Source: Podarcis cretensis
Lineage: Eukaryota
Assembly: GCA_951804945.1 (NCBI GenBank)
Contig: OX638149.1
Coordinates: 79,360,001-79,424,000 of the forward strand
Reading direction: 5' to 3'
Length of the DNA stretch: 64,000 nt
In this document: piece after piece, positions 14,187 to 26,600 of the stretch
Position numbering within the stretch: position 1 is the first letter of the stretch
How the letters are laid out: every line of letters begins with the position of its first letter
Translations under genes and position numbers: made by a program
The notes under the pieces: generated by a model
Databases searched by the model: none
Told to the model about the DNA's origin: nothing
What the model saw: only the letters and a program-made list of their open reading frames with translations

Positions 14187-14292
14187 GGGTTAGGGGGCGC
14201 AAATCCACGGGTTAGGGGGCGCAAATCCATGGGTTAGGGGGCGCAAATTACTTGCCTTGCCCCGGGTGCTGACAACCCACGCTATGCCACTG
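14187..14292. repeat. 22-bp tandem repeat (GGGTTAGGGGGCGCAAATCCAY x ~2.8) running into a DNA-transposon-like terminus (GCTATGCCACTG)
   Basis: Units at 14187, 14209 and 14231; terminus resembles the CAGTGGCGTAGC TIR of squamate non-autonomous elements. Confidence 0.75.
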
Positions 14293-14338
14293 GCCCTCTC
14301 AAAGAAGCCCTCCCCCCAAGACAATGTGGCTATGGATC

Positions 14339-14713
14339 TGTTCATGTAGCACCCTGCTTGTGGTTAACGCTTAGCTGGAATGAAATATTCAACGCAGCAA
14401 TAGAGAAATTAAAATAGTAATTTATTTGTCAGACAAATAAATATGAGGCACAGTGGTATATGGTTACCAAGCTCTGGCCTGGCCTCTTGCCATTCTGGCC
14501 AGCACTTATATTTCCTTAATCCAGCCCCCTTGCTCCTCCTGTGGCTGCCTCTGTCCAATCAGCCTGGTTGAAATTCCTATTGGCTGTTTGCTAGAACCAA
14601 TCACAAAAGATACACCCATTTCCTCTTGCCCTTTTATGGAAATCAAAAAGCTATATATTCTTCTATCTATAAATGACGAATAAGTAGTAATATATCTTAC
14701 ATGTGTCTCAACA
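14339..14713 (-). mobile_element. Possible solo LTR
   Basis: TGTT...AACA ends; three CCAAT boxes (about 14555-14602), a TATA-like site (about 14506) and AATAAA (14421-14426) in LTR order on the minus strand; no clean TSD. Confidence 0.45.
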
Positions 14714-15777
14714 AGGAATCTTAATTACCAGCTCACCTCTTGCCCTCCTTGCCCTATTGCCTTCCAAAACAGATGATTAATCTTGAATTTTTATCTTAAG
14801 CATATGTCAAGGATTGAGTTCACATCAACATTGAGAGATCTCCTTCATTTGAAGGTTTCTAAACAAAAGGCCTGACAACCATATATCAGGAGTGCTCGAC
14901 TGGCGTCTTCTGTCTGGCAAGGGGGGCTGGTGGCTGACTTAATTTCAGGATAGTTACAACTCTTACAACTATATGAAATAAGAATCTAGCATTTCTTAAA
15001 GCCTTTGCATAATTATATTTAAACTAATATATTTAATACATAAACAACCTTTTAAAAGGAAAAGAAATCTTAAAAGGATCTTAGTTTAAGAAAGAAACAG
15101 CTTTAGAAAAGACTTCCCAGAAAATGTTCTCTTTCTGCCAGCTAGATGCTTTTTCACTGCTCTTGACCCTTTTAACCTTAGGAAGAAGATATGGCTCATT
15201 TTACTATTTATCAACCCTTAATTTGTAGGGTCAGTGTAACCTTGGCTGTCAGCCTGTAATTCCCTTTTCACGACTTTGAGAATTGTTTTCTGCTATAAAT
15301 CAGGGGGGGCCCTTGTCTAGGAGTAAAAACATCTTGCCAAGGTTTTTAGGCAGCTGGTCTTCTGCCTGGCATAAAACAGAACATTTTTAAGCTCATTCTT
15401 AAAATACAAGCCCTGATTAAACATATAAGCTTTAATAAAAATGCAAGCTTATGATTAGATGCCTCATTCTCTCCCCCCTCCCCCTTTAAAAATTATTGGC
15501 TTTGTTATTCTGCTTCCTCCTTTTCTTTGCTTGCACATACCAAACAGCTTAGTGCAAGCTAGTAATTTGGAAGGGGAGAATGCCACTGCAGCTTGCTAAA
15601 CAAAGTGAAAAGAGGGGGTGGAGGAGTGTGGGGGCTGGCTTTCTCAGCCGTGTTTGCAAGTTCTCTCCTTGGTACAGGATGCTACGCTGGGAGAACTATG
15701 AATAAAAAGGCCACAGATAAATGGCATAGGAAGGGGAAATGGCGAAAACTGAGAGGGCTGCCATTCCGAGTTCACTT

Positions 15778-15943
15778 AGGAACATAGGTAGCTGCCTTAT
15801 GTGGACTCTGACCAACTGCTCCACCTTGCTCTGCGTTGTCTCCTCCGACCGGCAGAAGAGGCTCACCAGGGTTCTTTCTGGAGATTGCAAAGATTGAACT
15901 GGGGTCTGTCTGCATGCAAAGCAGATGCTTCTACCACTGAGCT
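15778..15943 (-). mobile_element. tRNA-derived SINE (Squam3-like); related copy about 17942-18118
   Basis: Minus strand has an A-box AGCTCAGTGGTAGA, a B-box-like GTTCAATC and a CCTATGTTCCT tail. Confidence 0.6.
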
Positions 15944-16890
15944 TTGGCTCTTTCCAATCACTTGAAAATTTGGGGAACATGGCTAAAGTGCTTGCCCTGC
16001 ATTCATCCTATGCTGCCTAATACGTTCTATCCTAAATTTTACAATGATGGTATATGTTATGTAATAAGGGGTTTCACTCCCTTGTCCAGGTGCACAACTC
16101 CAGGAGAAAAGTACAAACCATGTAGCTGGGTGCAGATTAATCAAAATCTCCATTCTATCAACCATCCACCCCCACTCAAGCTGCCAGATCACTGACCCAC
16201 CTACCCCATTGGAGGCTCTTACTTCCTAGTAACCTATTCTTTGAAAAGGAAGCTTTATCCAAGATACAACATTTTAGGATCTGTAATATCAAGCGCCCCT
16301 GCCCCAATCCTGGTATTTGGAGGCAGAATACTTGCTCTGTGATGCTTAATCTGTGGTGGTTCATTTGTTGGTGCTTCAGTGATGACCAAGCTGAGCTTTC
16401 TTTTTTCAAGTCCTGGTTGGCTGAGTCAAAAGTAATTAAAAGGCCTCCTCTAGTCTATTTATGGCTTGGCTTTTAATTTCTAGCTATTTCAAACTAAGTG
16501 CTAGGGAAAGCAGCTCATAGGGGAATAGTTAGCAGTCCCCCTCCCACTCTTTGTCTGCTCAAAATTGCAGCCTCCCAGAGGTGCTTTGGTGCACCAGGGG
16601 ACACTGGTGAGCTGCAGAGCTGCAAATACAATTTAAGACGTGCTGCACTGTTAGAATCTGATGTTTTTCCATGGACTGTGGATTATGGAGCTTTGGTATG
16701 TGCTGGTTGTGGCAGGTCTGTTGCTAGAGTGGTGTGGTGGGTGCAGATCTCTGGAGGTGGGATGGGGAGCAGGGATTGTTAAAGAAAAGCTGTTCGTGCT
16801 TTTTGAGTGTGCACGTGTGAATGGGCCATGTCCTGTTTGATGGGGACCCCGCACTGCCTGCCTTTTCACCTCCCTTTGGGGAAATAATAG

Positions 16891-16892
<2 letters not shown>

Positions 16893-16959
<67 letters not shown>
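16893..16959. repeat. Compound (GT)n(GA)n microsatellite
   Basis: Direct reading. Confidence 0.95.
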
Positions 16960-16964
<5 letters not shown>

Positions 16965-19583
16965 ATCAAAATGCAGAGTTATAAAACTCCCTTGCTCAAA
17001 AAAGGTAATCTAGTTTAAATATTGCATAGAAATGTACTGTCACAACCCTGTTTTGAAAGATAAAAATACATAAACTCTTTCTACTTGTTTCCATCTTGGA
17101 AGAGGATGATGGGAGAGGATTGCCAGGAGATTTTCATTTTCTTTTTTTGCTGGATATATTATAGGTCTATATTTAACTTTGTTGGTGGAAAAACTGTATG
17201 CAGCTGTTCCTGAAACCTCCAGCAGTTTTGCTGTGGTGGCAATGATGGCCTGCCTGTCTCTCCTAGTGCTTTCACCCAACATGTAGTAGACAGCACCATT
17301 AGAAGAGACCCTGACTTAGGCCAATGACCCATCAAGACCAGCACCCTCCTCTCACAGTGGCCAATCAAATGTCTGTGAGAAGCCAGCAAACTGGTTCTGA
17401 GTGCAATAGTATTCAGCCCACCTGCAGTTCTCATGAACTGGTAGTCAGAGGCATAGTGCCTCTGACAATGGAGGGTGCCCCCTGACCTGTCCCCTCTAAG
17501 CTAGCTTTCTGCCCTGGGTGTGTTGGAAGATGCTGCCCTGTCTTGAAGTATGATTGAGCTATTAGCATCATTATATAAAATGGACAAGGGAGGGAATGCA
17601 CCTGCCTTGGGCAGCAAAATGTATTGAGCTGGCTGTGCTAGTTGAAAACTATTCCATCCTAAACGTTATTTGACCTGGGATGGAGACTGGGGAAAAGCTT
17701 ACCTTGCAACATTCTTGAAAGGGCCATGAGCCATCTAAGACCTTGCCAACAAGTTTTGATCAATTCCATCATTCCAATGACCTTTGGATGCTGCATTGCG
17801 CTTTTTCAAGGGCAACGGAAATAATCCAATATTTTCCCATCACACATTGTTTGTGGGACACACACACACACACACCAAGATTTCATTGTGGATTTGTGAA
17901 AGCTTATTATCAAGGACCTCTAAAATGGAGGTTGCAAATTTAAGAACACCTATCAATCAATGCATAGGTAGCCATTGATCCATCTAGCTTCATATCAGCT
18001 ACCACATTACGTAGCAGTGGGTCTCCTGGGTTTCTGACAGGGGCCTTTCAGCCTTTCAGCCTTACCTGAAGATGCCACGAATTGAACCTGGGACCTTCTG
18101 CATGCAAAGCACTACTTTCCTTCCTCCTAATAGGAAGTAAATCCCACTGAGCTCAGTGAAATTTGCATCCCTTGTGTCAACGTGCTTAGGATTGTGCTGC
18201 ATGTCTCCTACAACCTTCCAATAATTCCCAGGGTGTTTGTTCCTTGCCTCTGGGATTTTGATTCTTCCAATATTTACTGCTGGTCTAACACAGCGTGATG
18301 TTGGGAGCCTCTGAGTCTTGGTCTCTGGAGTGTGGTACAGGAGACTAAAGGAGTGGCGGTGTCCCCTTCTGGGTCCAGGCTTGAAAATGATGAGCAAAAA
18401 CAGTCAAAAAAGGGACCATGCCATTGGAGCTACTGACACATTAAACCACTGCCATCAGGTGCCCATGTTTTGTCCCGCCTTGTCTGTTTATTTCTCTTTC
18501 ACAGCGGAGTCTGTTGGAGTAAATGAGGCACTGCTTTTGCCATCTCCAGTCTGCACTCAGCTAGCCCCCACCTACTTACAACCCACCCACAGGGTGCTGC
18601 TGGCTCTCAGCTCCCTCCTCCCTATACTCGGTGCTGCCCTGTAGAAGTCAGCGGGGAGGAGGGTGGGGACAATACTAGAATTTGTGTGCTTCTTCTGTCA
18701 TTGGCTGTGGCTCCCTGCCCTCCGCCCTACCAGCCCCAGGGGCCAGCAGCTGCCACGACCCCTTCTTACATCTTTTGCTGCAGGCTCTTCGGAACAGGAG
18801 ACTGTTTGCCAGCCATACTTGGCAGCACAGTTCAAAGTAAGTAGCCGCCATAAATGAGCACTGCCTTTTCTTAGAAAGTAAAATACAGAGGCCTCCCCCA
18901 AACATTTTTGTTTAGATCTGCCTACCCAGATATTTAGAAAGTTGGTGCGAGTTTTTAATCTGTTTTATCATCTATTGTTATTTTAGCTTGATTTTTTTAA
19001 AATTACAGGTAATGTTTTTCTTTCATTCCTATTTTTTGTAAACTGCTTTGAGGTTTTTTTTAAACAATCAGGCAGTGTTTAAATTTTATGAAATGAAATG
19101 AAATAAAAAATAGGCACCCTAGGTCATGGGGGGGGGGGTGTCTGGTAGGACAGCGCTGATTATTTGGCCTCAATAGGTCTACTGCAACATCAGCACTATA
19201 TTACCATGCAAATACATAGCAAAATGTTAAGAAGTGAGTCCTGAAATACATGTCTGGGCAAAATGTGTGTCTCCAGGTCTGAAAAGATGGGATACTGCTC
19301 TTGATGTCTTTTGTGACCTGACCTTCGTATTTCTAATTTATCTTGCAGGTTCTGTAACATGATCCAGCGGCATATTGTTTGAGCAGGGCGCCCTCCAGGA
19401 ACACGGAATTATAGCTGCACAGGCCAAGCAGTTTTGAGGCGGATCCTTCTTTATTGGGATTTTGGCTCGAGGGCCAAGTGAAGGGAGCCGGGGTCCGTCC
19501 AACCTGTTTTGTGCCTCCCCACCACACCTTTTGGTTTGGTCTGAGAGCAGGAGTGGGCGGCCTCCACTGTGCAGCTGAGCAAG

Positions 19584-20006
19584 ATGGAGTCCAAAGGGAG
19601 CACCCGCGGTGGAAATAAGCCCGATGCCAAGACCGCCAGCTCAGGGAAGCCAGAGAAGCCCAACCCTGGCCCTGCCACAGCTGCTGATAAGAAAGAAGCC
19701 CCTTCAAAGGAGCAGCCGGCTCCTCCCGCCACCACCCCAGCAAAAAAGGCGGCAACAGCGGCAGCCAGTGAGGCAACCATGCTGAACAACCACGGCAACA
19801 TGAAGCCTAGCTCTGCTGGGGGAGCGGCGGAGGGCGCAGAGGCCGCAGGTCATTCCGCTGACTCTGAGCACAAAGGGAACAATGCGGAGGAGTCTCCGGG
19901 CAGCAGCATTTTTGAGAACATGAAGCCTCTGATCATCGTCGGAGGGGCGGCGGTGGCTGCCATTGCTCTGATTGTGGGAGTGGCTCTCCTTGCGCGGAAA
20001 AAATAA
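19584..20006 (+). CDS. CEND1: Cell cycle exit and neuronal differentiation protein 1 (BM88), 140 aa, single coding exon
   Basis: MESKG start in strong Kozak context (aagATGG), Pro/Ala/Lys-rich body with KKEAP and LNNH-N-KP motifs, C-terminal TM helix PLIIVGGAAVAAIALIVGVALLA plus RKK tail; exon acceptor TTGCAG ending 19348; synteny. Confidence 0.96.
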   Translation: MESKGSTRGGNKPDAKTASSGKPEKPNPGPATAADKKEAPSKEQPAPPATTPAKKAATAAASEATMLNNHGNMKPSSAGGAAEGAEAAGHSADSEHKGNNAEESPGSSIFENMKPLIIVGGAAVAAIALIVGVALLARKK

Positions 20007-22167
20007 ATTGGCACCCAAGAAGCACAGGGGAGAGAAATAACCCTGGGCTGAATGTACAGTTCCTTTTGAAACAAAATGCATGTGGTAAACTCTATACATA
20101 CCTATAAATATGCCGTATATAGAGAGAAAGAGCTAAGTAGGTACAAACGGCAATGCTGGCCACTGCCTTGCTCCCAGCAGATGCGCCAGCATTGGCCTAG
20201 CGCGGGCATTTGGTGGGCTTCTGCTCTTTTGTGTAATATAACTCAGCTAGCAGCAATGTGTATAGATTGCTTTTCTTCTCTGGTCCGTATGAGCTCTTGC
20301 GGTGTTTTCCTTTCCTTCCCCACCTTTTGTCCCGAGGTTGGCTCCAGGGTCACTTAGAGTTCTCAGCTTGGTTACGCTGGATTGCAGTAGAGCAGGTGGA
20401 AAGGGAGAGTTTCCCATTGGCAAGGTCACCTGTTGCCATCTCTGTTCCAGCACACACTGTAAAGTGGTATGAGAATGCTCACAAGCTAGAGCTTCTTTCC
20501 TGATCCAAGGAAGATAGGGTGTCCCTAGTACTCGTTTCGTCATAGCATTAATGTGCTCACTCTGTCCCCCCTTGCCTAAGTTTCAAAGTAGCAGCTGGAG
20601 CACGGGGGGCTTTCAAAGGTCAAGAAGCAAGCATGGCCTGCTGAGAGCCATAGGGTAGCCTTGCCATCCCACCGTGCAATATATGGGCATGGTGACATAT
20701 AGCAGCCTGGCTGCGGATTTCAGTGGGCATTGCAACTTAGTAGAGCATTTTCTGTTGAACCTGGTCCTGTGCTGGTAAACTTCTTATGCAGGACTTGATG
20801 TCATTGATACTTAAACAACATGATTCAAAATATGTGGAAGTCAAGGAGGCCTTCTGTGCATATGGATTTGGGACGAATGCTAGTGCTTCGCTGTGGAAGG
20901 TTGACCTGTCATTGTATGCCATGTATGAAAGGGGAAAGTAAGGAGCAATTATGGGCTGGTTGGTTGGTTGGTTTGTTCTTTCTTTTGCTTTCCTCTTTTT
21001 TTTAGCTTGTGACCAATCAACAACTGGGTTATGGTTTAGGAAGTATTTATGTATGGAGCATCCTGCCCAGGTGCACAGATTTGAAATGGATGGATTGTCT
21101 TTTGCTGTCTGACACTTTATAACTCTAATGCTGGAGGAGCCAGACAAATGGGCTAATCCCATTTATTTCACTGGACATTTCAGTGCAGAGAAAAAATGGC
21201 AACCGATTCATTGAGGCAACTGCCCCCCCCCCAAATAAATTAGAACCAATGGGCATTTAAGAGGGGAGGAAATTCCCTGTGTCCTGAGTTAGCCTTGCTA
21301 CATTGGTGGCCTTCCTGAAGAATTAAAATCAGACTTTGAGAGGAGAAAGGATCAGTGGAATGTATGTTGACGTATCCTTGTTAATATATCTACCAGAGAT
21401 AATCCACTAACCATAAGAACATTGGGACATAAATTGTAATGTAGGGATGACCGTTTGAAACAAGAAGCTTACATGTATATTTTTGCTTAGATTGAATCTG
21501 ATGCGAAAGTGGTGATTGACATCAGATTAGTGTTGTTGTTTTTTTAAAAAAAGGAACGGCTAATTAGATTACAACTAGGAGTTGTAAAGCTTTTTTCTGT
21601 TGTTAGGTTGGGATAGATATGAGCAGCCAAGTTTTTGTTGCAGTACAGACTTGCTCATAAATTAATGTGGGTACTAGATTTCTTTTGCATTTTAGTCTCT
21701 GGACCCACAACTTGATCATGAAATAGGATGAGATGGTGACAGTGGCAGGACTACAGTTCATCGTCTTGAAGACCAACTTTCTCTCCCTTTCTTTCGTATT
21801 TATGGTTGTGATGTGATAGGTTAGGTCTATAGGGGAATCATTCACCAACAGTCATTGCTTAGTACTGTGGTGTCCCACTGTCTAGAATAATTCTCCAGAA
21901 CCCACCTCCAGTCTGAAAGCACCTGTATTTTTGTGTGTATGTATGTGTACAAGCTTTCCTATACAAGCTTTCCTACCCTTACCTTATTTGAGAATATCTG
22001 TGTATATAGTACAGTTTACTGAAGTCTTTGTAAAGCTACAAAACCTGTATTCTTTGTACAAAAAGCAAAAGGCAACCATTATTTGCGCACCTGCATTCAC
22101 ACAAAGTGTCCATGTTTTGTGCCACTTGCATTCCACCATGCAGCATCCGAAACCATGGTTTCCTTCC

Positions 22168-22173
22168 AATAAA
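22168..22173 (+). terminator. CEND1: CEND1 poly(A) signal AATAAA (3' UTR about 2.2 kb)
   Basis: AATAAA after a TGTA-rich UTR segment. Confidence 0.65.
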
Positions 22174-23614
22174 TGAATGTATGGTTAGCCAACTGGTGAA
22201 TGTACGATAATCCCTCTTGTGCTGGGAGCTGAAAACTACTGCTTCTAAGCAGACCCTTTTAAAATGATAAATCTAGTCAGTATAATCTTCTGATGCAGTC
22301 AGCAAAAAATAGCCGTGTACCAGCACTGCACATTCTTTATATGTGTGTGTGGCACATTCCTCCCTAAAGTTTCCATGTAAACCAGGAGGTGTTATCATAG
22401 TGACTCCTGCCCATCATTGACCCTTTTGGAAAAAAGAAGGGCATTTGCCTTGCTTACACCTTGCCTGGCTCCTGCTCCTGCTTCTCAGCTGCTCCTGCGT
22501 TGGCATATTGAGGCAGGGCATAGGCATAGCTGTCAACGTTTCCCTTTTTAAAAGGGAAATTCCCTTATTCTGAATAGGATTCCTCGCAAGAAAAGGGGAA
22601 AGTTGACAGCTATGTCCATAGGCTGATGGGTTCCCTGAGTTTCTTAAGTAGCCCTCGGCCATGCATCTCCAGTCAGTTGTACTGCAACAAGGCACCTTGT
22701 TGTGTCTGTGACTGTAAGATCGTTCCTTTGGCCAGGTGGTGGAGAGGGGAGGGAAAGAGGAATATATGTGTGTGTGTGTGTTCTCTGAACTTACTAAATC
22801 TGTGCTTTATGGAAGTGTGAATATAACACTGCTATATTGGTAAGCCTTACGAGTTTCTAAATGCATGTCCCTGACTATGTGCTTAAAGAAGCTGAGCAAA
22901 TCAGAATGTGCTGCAGATTGTGTCTATTCTTTCATAAGCTTTTTCAACTTTACTAAGTTGGTGTCTTTGCCCAAAATAGCTAGTCTCACTCACTCACTCA
23001 CTCATATATATATTGCCTGTTGCTTAAGAGCTGAACTATTAATCTATACCAACTCATTTTTCTTACCTTTGCTCTTAAGGTTTTATATTCTCCCCTTCCT
23101 CCAAGCTGTCACGGTACTGCCTCCTTTTATCCTCACAACAACCCTTCAAGATTGGCTAGGTTGAGAGATAGTGGCTAGGCCAAAGTCACCCAGTGGGCTT
23201 TATGAGTTTAGAACAGGACTAGGGAACCTTTGGTCCTCCAGATATTGCTGGACTACAATTCGCATCATCCATGACCACTTGCCATGCTGGCTGCCAGTGG
23301 TGGAAATTGGAGTCCAACACCACCTGGAAGACTACAAATTGCTTAGCCCTAGCTGAGAACATGGGTCTTCCAACTATGAACCTCTGTGACACACTGGTTC
23401 TGTTAAAGTGCAATCCTATACATGCCTATTGAGAAGTAGGCTCTGTTGAGTCCTTTGTACTGGACTTGCTGCCAGGGAAGTAGGTACTGTATAGGATTGC
23501 AGCTTTATTTGGTTTGTGGCAGCAGGTCTGCCAGTACAAAGGTTTGATCCACTCAGAGGCTGATGTGTGCTTTTAGTTAAATGCATTGCAAGCCCTGCTC
23601 TCTGAGGAGGGCTG

Positions 23615-23642
<28 letters not shown>
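23615..23642. repeat. (GA)n microsatellite
   Basis: Direct reading. Confidence 0.9.
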
Positions 23643-23645
<3 letters not shown>

Positions 23646-26600
23646 GGAGCTGGTGGCAGAAACTGCCTCAGGCAGAGCAGCACACACAGAAGGGGTAGTA
23701 GAGGAAGTGAGTGATGGCTGGATTTTGTGCACCATATTTCTGTCATAATTGCAGGAACCTACTTATCTGAAATTGTTTTCGTATATGCCAGAGATTTGTA
23801 ATCCTTTCCTCGCATTGAATAGCATTTTAATCTGGTGGAATTCGTAGGGGATTATCCTGGGCATAGTATTTAATTAATATTGAACAGGGCATGCTAATTC
23901 ACTTATAACCTGCTTTTGGTAGCTGTAGGTCTATATAACTATTTGACACATTATCAGAAGATGCCAAAAGCTGAAGTATGAGTGTGTCACACTTCCTGTG
24001 TGGATATCATTGTTTGCTGTCGGGGCATGTCCCCTGTTCCCATGGTTTGAGCCCAGGCATCTACCAATGGCAGCAATGTGAAAGTTTTATGCATTAACTT
24101 GGAAGTGCAATTCACTCTCGATTCACTGTTTTTGGTGGATGATGCAGGCCCTAGGTACAAAAAGTGTTGTTGGACTCCACTGAAGTTCAAAGTGACTGTG
24201 AATCTTGAGTCCCTTGTAGTAATGGGGGTCTTGGTTTGTATACCAAGGTTCATCCTGTTCCCCATGTTTACTGGGAATGGCTATTTACTAATATATCAGT
24301 GCAAAATACCGTGGACTGAAGAATATGGATCCAACTGCAGGTCAGAATTAAGGTGTCTAGGCAAACCTATGTGACGGGAGCTAGTTCAGTTCTTTAATGT
24401 GCTCTCCTAATGTAATAAAATGCTCTGTACATACTTAGCCAATCAATATTGTGAGCATGAAACCAGAAAAAAATGAAATATTCATGTTTTGGGGAAAGGA
24501 GTAGCAGTCTTACTTCTGATTTAATAATCTTGGAAAACTACCACCCTCTGATTTCATATTCAGAAACAGAAATGCACATTTGAATCTTTGCTTCACCCCT
24601 AAGCATGCATTAGAAGGGTGGTGAAAATCCGCCTTGAATACAGCAAGGATAATTGATAAGGGTAATTGGGGACCTGCTATTCGGAACATAGAGAGAAGAC
24701 TTGAACATGCACATAAAATCAGTATTTCAAGCTGGCACAGACATAACATTGCTGTTATGTATGCTAAGGATGAAATGCTCTAATTGTATTTGTTAATTGT
24801 GTATGGCTCACCCAGGATTTGGAAGCAGAAGAGTGACGGTGGGGGCGGGGCATGAATTTGGAAGCAGGAAACTGGCAGGAACGGGATAAGATTCCTCTCA
24901 TCTTGGAGACTGTGACCTGCGTGGCTGTATTTAGGAGCAAATGAAATGAAAAGGGAAACACTAAGGTAAAAGCTACATCTGATGTCATGTTAAGTCTGAA
25001 AAACAACAGCTTTCACAGAATTGATATGTGTTTAAAGCAGGCAGGTGGGTTGACAAGAGTTACTTCTACCACTTATCCAACATCTTGGCTCCATCTTTCA
25101 CTGCTTCTGTCTGCCCTGCCACATACCCATCTGTTCCATAAGACCTCTGCCAAGACCTTGGTGGAATTTGATTGGGAAGGGATTCTGCTTACACACTTTG
25201 CTTCTTCCTGAACCCTTGGCTAAGACACACAAATGGCCCCCGCTTCAGCTTCTCCACACAATGGAACTTCCCACACTCTGCTTGACAGTTGTCATGTTTA
25301 ATTTGACTCCTTGGGTCATTTTAAATGTGAGCTTGAGTTCTGCTTCTAATGTGAATGTAAAAACCTGCATTGGCTGCAATATACATTTTTTATTTTTCTT
25401 CTGAATTCTCTCTCATATTGATAGCATTCATATGTACCCCAAGAAGTGTGAGAGAGACCCAAACTGTCTTGAATAAAATAAAATAAAATAAAATCCTGCT
25501 ATAGGGACTAGTATAGTCCCCAAAACTGAAGGGCATGCCTTGATTTGAAGTCAGACGTTGACACTAGATATTAAAGTTCAGTCATTATGGATAGTCATGC
25601 AGGGTTTATTGGTAACAGTTGTAGCAATGCCTAGTTGTGAGAAATACATTTAATTCCCACCCACCCCCATATTATTCTGTCTTATCATTTGCTAGTTTTT
25701 CTACCACTGTAGCTTCAACTAGCCTCCTGAACTATCAAAAGAGCAAGGGGAATACTATTGCCTCAGTAACCCTTTTGTAATTTGTCTGTGTTTTCATAAA
25801 TGTACTTGTGGTGACCTTCTTTGCCCTCTTTTAATTCTTATGCCTTTTCCTAAACCAAAAGTTAGGGAAAGGCATAGAGTAATACTTGCAAATGGGAAAT
25901 GCTAATTTATTCAATCTGAACGTTCGCTATCTGCTTAAGGGGATCACTTGACTAAAACAAATATATACCAGATCAACATAGCAAAGGTCATTACAAAAAA
26001 ACAAGTATTTCTAAAGGGTCTCCCCATTATCTCTAATGGGCCCCAGATATAATTTCTTTTTTGAATTGAATTTGTCAAGCAACATCTTGATTTCCGCCCC
26101 TCCCCTGCAAATGAACAGATCCACTTACCACTTAACACATCAATTGGCCTGTGTGTATAACATGCAGATTTGGGTTTCTTTTTGAGTCCATTGTTGGTGA
26201 CTCCGTTTCCGCAAAGGAAATGAAAGCCTACTGACACACACCAAGCTAGAAAACTAATTTGTACCTTTTTGAATTTATAATCTTGCCTATGCTTCTATGG
26301 ACACTTTGTATGGGCTGCAGCTCAACTCCTTAAAATCAGCAAAGAATTTTTCCTTTCCCATATAGTATTCTCTTTTATTTGACTTTTAAAATGCGTATAA
26401 ATGCAATAATGCAGGTAGACTAGAAATACTAGATTGAAAATTAAAGTAGTTTAGCTTGTCCCATTGTGACCTACAGTGTTGTATGTCACCCAACGCTGTA
26501 TCCTAGCATTCTCGAGGCTTTCCTACGTAGCTGAATCTAGTATTAGCTTTGAAAATCCATTGTGTGAATGGCGGGTGGGTTGATTGGGAAAGTGTACGCT

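Noticed and set aside
19148-19157. REST/NRSE site for neuronal CEND1 (GGACAGCGCT; also TTCAGCACC near 2218)
   Set aside because: Only isolated half-sites; no correctly spaced full RE1
19333-20099. Antisense ORFs over CEND1
   Set aside because: Shadow frames of a GC-rich coding exon
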